Shown: one piece after another, positions 61,073 to 64,000 of the stretch | Position numbering within the stretch: the stretch's first letter is position 1 | Layout: each line of letters begins with the position of its first letter | Source of the DNA: an uncultured Gemmatimonadaceae bacterium | Lineage (GTDB): Bacteria; Gemmatimonadota; Gemmatimonadetes; Gemmatimonadales; Gemmatimonadaceae | DNA length: 64,000 nucleotides | Direction: 5' to 3' | Assembly (NCBI GenBank): GCA_963761305.1 | Contig: CAVXGK010000002.1 | Location: forward strand, 2,624,001 to 2,688,000 | Translations under genes and position numbers: made by a program | The notes under the pieces: generated by a model | The model's database searches: none | Seen by the model: the letters and a program-made list of their open reading frames with translations, nothing else | What the model was told of the DNA's origin: nothing

Positions 61073-61290
61073 GTCCGCTGAGTCATCGCGACTACGACAC
61101 CCTCGAGAGCGCAGTCTCGAGAGGAGCGCGCGTCGCGATCAGCCGCCCGGGCCGCCGTGAGCTCGTGCTCGTGCCGTTGACGCTCAAGTTGGACGACGGG
61201 CGCGAGGTGATCACCGCACGCAACCCGACGACCGGCCACGAGCTGACCATCTTCCTCGACGAAGTGGAACGAATTGAGGCAGTGACGTGA
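61069..61290 (+). CDS. small Sm/WYL-like protein resembling the Rho modulator Rof (YaeO)
   Basis: GTGA-coupled on both sides; PLSHRDYDTLESA helix followed by ~5 beta strands ending IFLDEVERIE. Confidence 0.6.
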   Translation: MSPLSHRDYDTLESAVSRGARVAISRPGRRELVLVPLTLKLDDGREVITARNPTTGHELTIFLDEVERIEAVT

Positions 61291-61913
61291 GCCGCGCGAG
61301 GGACGGGAGTGGAGATGGGGTGCCGAGACCGACTCCCGAGGTGCAGCAACCGGCGCAGGGGGCGGAAACCGCGCTGCGGCGGATCGCGATCTTCGCCGAC
61401 GAGTCGTGCCTGGGCAACGGTCGCGAGGGGAGTAACCCGGGCGGGGCGGCGGGCGTCATCGAGTATGTGAGCCCGTCGGGCCGGCTCTCGCGGCACGACT
61501 ACTGGGTGTCGGAACCGGCCACGACGAACAACCGCATGGCGCTGCGCAGCGCGATCGAGGCGCTGAACGGCATCGCGCGGAAAGGCGCGCGGTTCCGCGT
61601 CGAGTTCACGAGCGACTCGCAGTATCTGATCAAAGGAATGAGTGAGTGGGTGCACGGCTGGATCGCGCGTGGGTGGCGCAAGAAGGACGGCCCGATACTG
61701 AATCTGGAGTTGTGGCAGGATCTGGTCGAAGCGACGCGCGGGCACGTCGTGAGTTGGCGGTGGGTGCGCGGCCACGAAGGACATCCGCAGAACGAATACG
61801 CGAACGACCTCGCCGTGCGCGCCGCGAAGGAGCAGTCGTCGTCGAAGGGTATCGTCGACTCGCACTTCGATGAGTGGCTGGCGGCGGAGAGAGAAAAGGG
61901 ACGAATCAAATGA
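61287..61913 (+). CDS. rnhA: ribonuclease HI with atypical active site
   Basis: FADESCLGN, TTNNRMAL, SDSQY, NLELWQ, WVRGHEGHPQNE. Confidence 0.9.
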   Translation: MSRARDGSGDGVPRPTPEVQQPAQGAETALRRIAIFADESCLGNGREGSNPGGAAGVIEYVSPSGRLSRHDYWVSEPATTNNRMALRSAIEALNGIARKGARFRVEFTSDSQYLIKGMSEWVHGWIARGWRKKDGPILNLELWQDLVEATRGHVVSWRWVRGHEGHPQNEYANDLAVRAAKEQSSSKGIVDSHFDEWLAAEREKGRIK

Positions 61914-62092
61914 AGAAGCTATTGGTGGCACTGATCCTCGGGCTGGCGATGGGGTATCACTGGGGATACGACGAAGGGAGCGACGGCAAGCCGTCGATCG
62001 CGCTTCGCGTGCTCGACAAGTTCGGCGCGTCGAAGCTCAGGAACGCCCAGGAGGCCCAGGACAAGCGCGTCGAGGAAGCCAGCAAGCCTTGA
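61910..62092 (+). CDS. small membrane-anchored protein
   Basis: ATGA overlap with rnhA; MKKLLVALILGLAMGY. Confidence 0.7.
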   Translation: MKKLLVALILGLAMGYHWGYDEGSDGKPSIALRVLDKFGASKLRNAQEAQDKRVEEASKP

Positions 62093-62181
62093 CCCGGAGT
62101 CGGCCCGGTAGTCGATGAACGACCTTGCGCGCTAGGTTGGTGCGAAGGCTCTCCCCTTTTCCGACAGTCGGCACCGAAGAC

Positions 62182-62973
62182 ATGGACAACCTCGATCGGA
62201 TGTACCGCCATCTGGTGAGGGTGGTGCGTTCGCGGTTCCCGCAGCATCTCGTTCAACCGTTCAGCGTCTCCGACCTCAACCAGACGATCCTTCCATATCG
62301 TCTGCACCGGCGAGAGCTCGGCCTCGACACGAACGACGACTACGAGCTCACGCTCACCGAGCTGGTCTCCGGGACGCGGGACTATCTCATCGTCGACGAC
62401 ACGATGCGCGACACACTCGGCGCGGCACTCGCCGAGGTGAATCCGGACCCGTCGGCGTTCAAGAAGTTCGCGTCGTCGATGGTCGCGCTCTCGCCAAGCG
62501 CGCTGCGCAGTCTGGACGTCGGTCTGGACGAAGGGGCGGGCTCGTCCATCCTGCCGGGTGTGCGTTCCGCCGCAATGTCGCCGGCGACGACCGCGGCTGC
62601 CGCGGGAGTCGCCGCGGCAGCCGCGCCGGCAGCCCCGGCTCGAGGCGCCGCTCGGCCTGCACCCTCCGCCCCTGCGCCGGCAGCGGCGCCAAAGGCACCC
62701 AAAGCACCCACGACCCCGGCGACTTCACCCGCTCCAGCGATGCCGACCCCCACGACGACAACAAAAACCAGCGGCGGTGTACGAGTCGTTGTCCCTCAGG
62801 CGGGCGATCGATGTCGATCGTGCAGTGAACCGTTGCCCGCCGGGCGTCCGATCACGTTCTGCCCACACTGCGGCTCGAACGTGACGACGTTGAACTGTCC
62901 AGCGTGTGGCTCGGAGTTGGAACTAGGATGGAAGTTCTGTCCATCGTGCGGGCGGCCGGCCGCGACGCGGTAG
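62182..62973 (+). CDS. double zinc-ribbon domain protein
   Basis: Globular N-domain, Ala/Pro linker, then CRSC/CPHC/CPAC/CPSC. Confidence 0.85.
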   Translation: MDNLDRMYRHLVRVVRSRFPQHLVQPFSVSDLNQTILPYRLHRRELGLDTNDDYELTLTELVSGTRDYLIVDDTMRDTLGAALAEVNPDPSAFKKFASSMVALSPSALRSLDVGLDEGAGSSILPGVRSAAMSPATTAAAAGVAAAAAPAAPARGAARPAPSAPAPAAAPKAPKAPTTPATSPAPAMPTPTTTTKTSGGVRVVVPQAGDRCRSCSEPLPAGRPITFCPHCGSNVTTLNCPACGSELELGWKFCPSCGRPAATR

Positions 62974-63014
62974 CGCCGCCACAACGGAAGAAGGTTGTCC
63001 GCCGGCGCGCCGCG

Positions 63015-64000
63015 TTGCGCGTCGCAGGTTCGCTCGCGGCGTTCATCCTCGTCGCGACGGCGTGCATGACTCCCGCCGGACGCACTTCGGGTGCGCGCCG
63101 GGTGTCGCCGAGAAACCGAAGTCGCGCCTCGACGCAGCCGGCGCAGCTTCAGCAGCGCGGTTGGCGCGTCTCGACCGGCGAACACATCGATTTGTGGCTG
63201 CACGGCTTCGCGCTGCTGACGAGCGACACGGGGCGCGTACCGTTCTTCGCGCGCGGGTACAAGCAAGAGATCACGGCGATCAAGCGACAGAAGAACGCGT
63301 ATTCGCTGCTCGACGCCAACCAACCGGAGCTGTCGGCTCGCTTCGCGACGAATCCCGAGCTCGCCAACGCGCAGTTCCTGGCGATGTACTTCACGACCTT
63401 TCCGGAGATCGTGAGCGCGACGGACTACTTCATTCGCTCCGGCGGCAACCCGCGCTCGGCCGCCGATCCGAGAATTCAGCAGGAGATCGCTCTCCTCGCC
63501 GCGAACTTTCGCACCGACGCCGACCGCAAGTGGCTTCGACTGTTCGTGCAGAGCCTGGATGATGAGAGCAAGAAGTTCTATCACGACTACTGGATGGGCG
63601 AGCAGCAGACACGCGGCGCGGCGCTCGCCCAGGTCGTGCAGCAGTGGACCAACACGTACTACCCGAAGCTTTCGCGTTTCCTGAACAACACACAGCAAGC
63701 GTCCGGCGAAATCATCCTCTCGCTGCCGTTGGGCGGCGAAGGGCGCACGGTGAACAACGGGAAGCAGTCGAACACCGTGGCCGTCGAATTCCCGAAGACG
63801 GCAGCCGACGCGCCCAACGCGCTGTTCGCGTTCGTTCACGAGGCCGTGGCGACGATCGTCGACGGCGTGATTCGCGACAACACGACGCCGGCCGAGCAGC
63901 GTTCCGGCGTGACGTCGGGCTACGTGGGGAACGGCGCCGTCCGCGGCGGAGCCTTGCTGCTGCAACACATCGCGCCCGAGTTGGTGCCGGCCTACATGCG
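63015..64000 (+). CDS. hypothetical lipoprotein (partial, runs off the window)
   Basis: Open frame from TTG 63015: ..FILVATAC lipobox, EHIDLWLHGFA, LPLGGEG, FVHEAV; no stop before the window end. Confidence 0.7.
   Translation, partial: MRVAGSLAAFILVATACMTPAGRTSGARRVSPRNRSRASTQPAQLQQRGWRVSTGEHIDLWLHGFALLTSDTGRVPFFARGYKQEITAIKRQKNAYSLLDANQPELSARFATNPELANAQFLAMYFTTFPEIVSATDYFIRSGGNPRSAADPRIQQEIALLAANFRTDADRKWLRLFVQSLDDESKKFYHDYWMGEQQTRGAALAQVVQQWTNTYYPKLSRFLNNTQQASGEIILSLPLGGEGRTVNNGKQSNTVAVEFPKTAADAPNALFAFVHEAVATIVDGVIRDNTTPAEQRSGVTSGYVGNGAVRGGALLLQHIAPELVPAYM

Noticed and set aside
1..64000. Many long overlapping or antisense ORFs (e.g. 9304-11571 -, 19433-22177 +, 35770-38259 +, 26043-28178 -)
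   Set aside because: Arg/Ala/Gly-rich shadow frames of well-supported genes, expected in high-GC DNA; no recognisable motifs
63015..64000. Apparent coding gap or frameshift at the window end
   Set aside because: Manual translation gives one continuous open frame; it is missing from the ORF track only because it has no stop within the window

Overview
High-GC, gene-dense bacterial chromosomal segment. The gene content and protein style suggest Gemmatimonadota (inference). It is mostly housekeeping and metabolic: leuS, gyrA, sucB-lpdA, a caa3-type cytochrome c oxidase operon, kup, otsAB, a frameshifted dacB, two ECF sigma/anti-sigma pairs, a TolC-MacA-MacB-like exporter, an MCP, a diguanylate cyclase coupled to a Ser/Thr kinase, and several hydrolases. 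I found no tRNA, rRNA, CRISPR array, transposase or phage genes. Most notable observations: (1) a 73-aa protein resembling the Rho inhibitor Rof/YaeO (Sm/WYL-like), translationally coupled to an RNase HI with a rearranged catalytic carboxylate set, which could be an R-loop/termination control module; (2) two diverged copies of a ~250-bp nested-palindrome element between convergent genes; (3) a cNMP-domain-aspartase fusion divergent from a Tat-exported asparaginase; (4) a terminator-like hairpin at the start of the predicted kup leader; (5) short tandem repeats abutting a PadR promoter and inside a membrane-protein gene. All functional ideas come from reading the sequence by eye and were not checked against databases.
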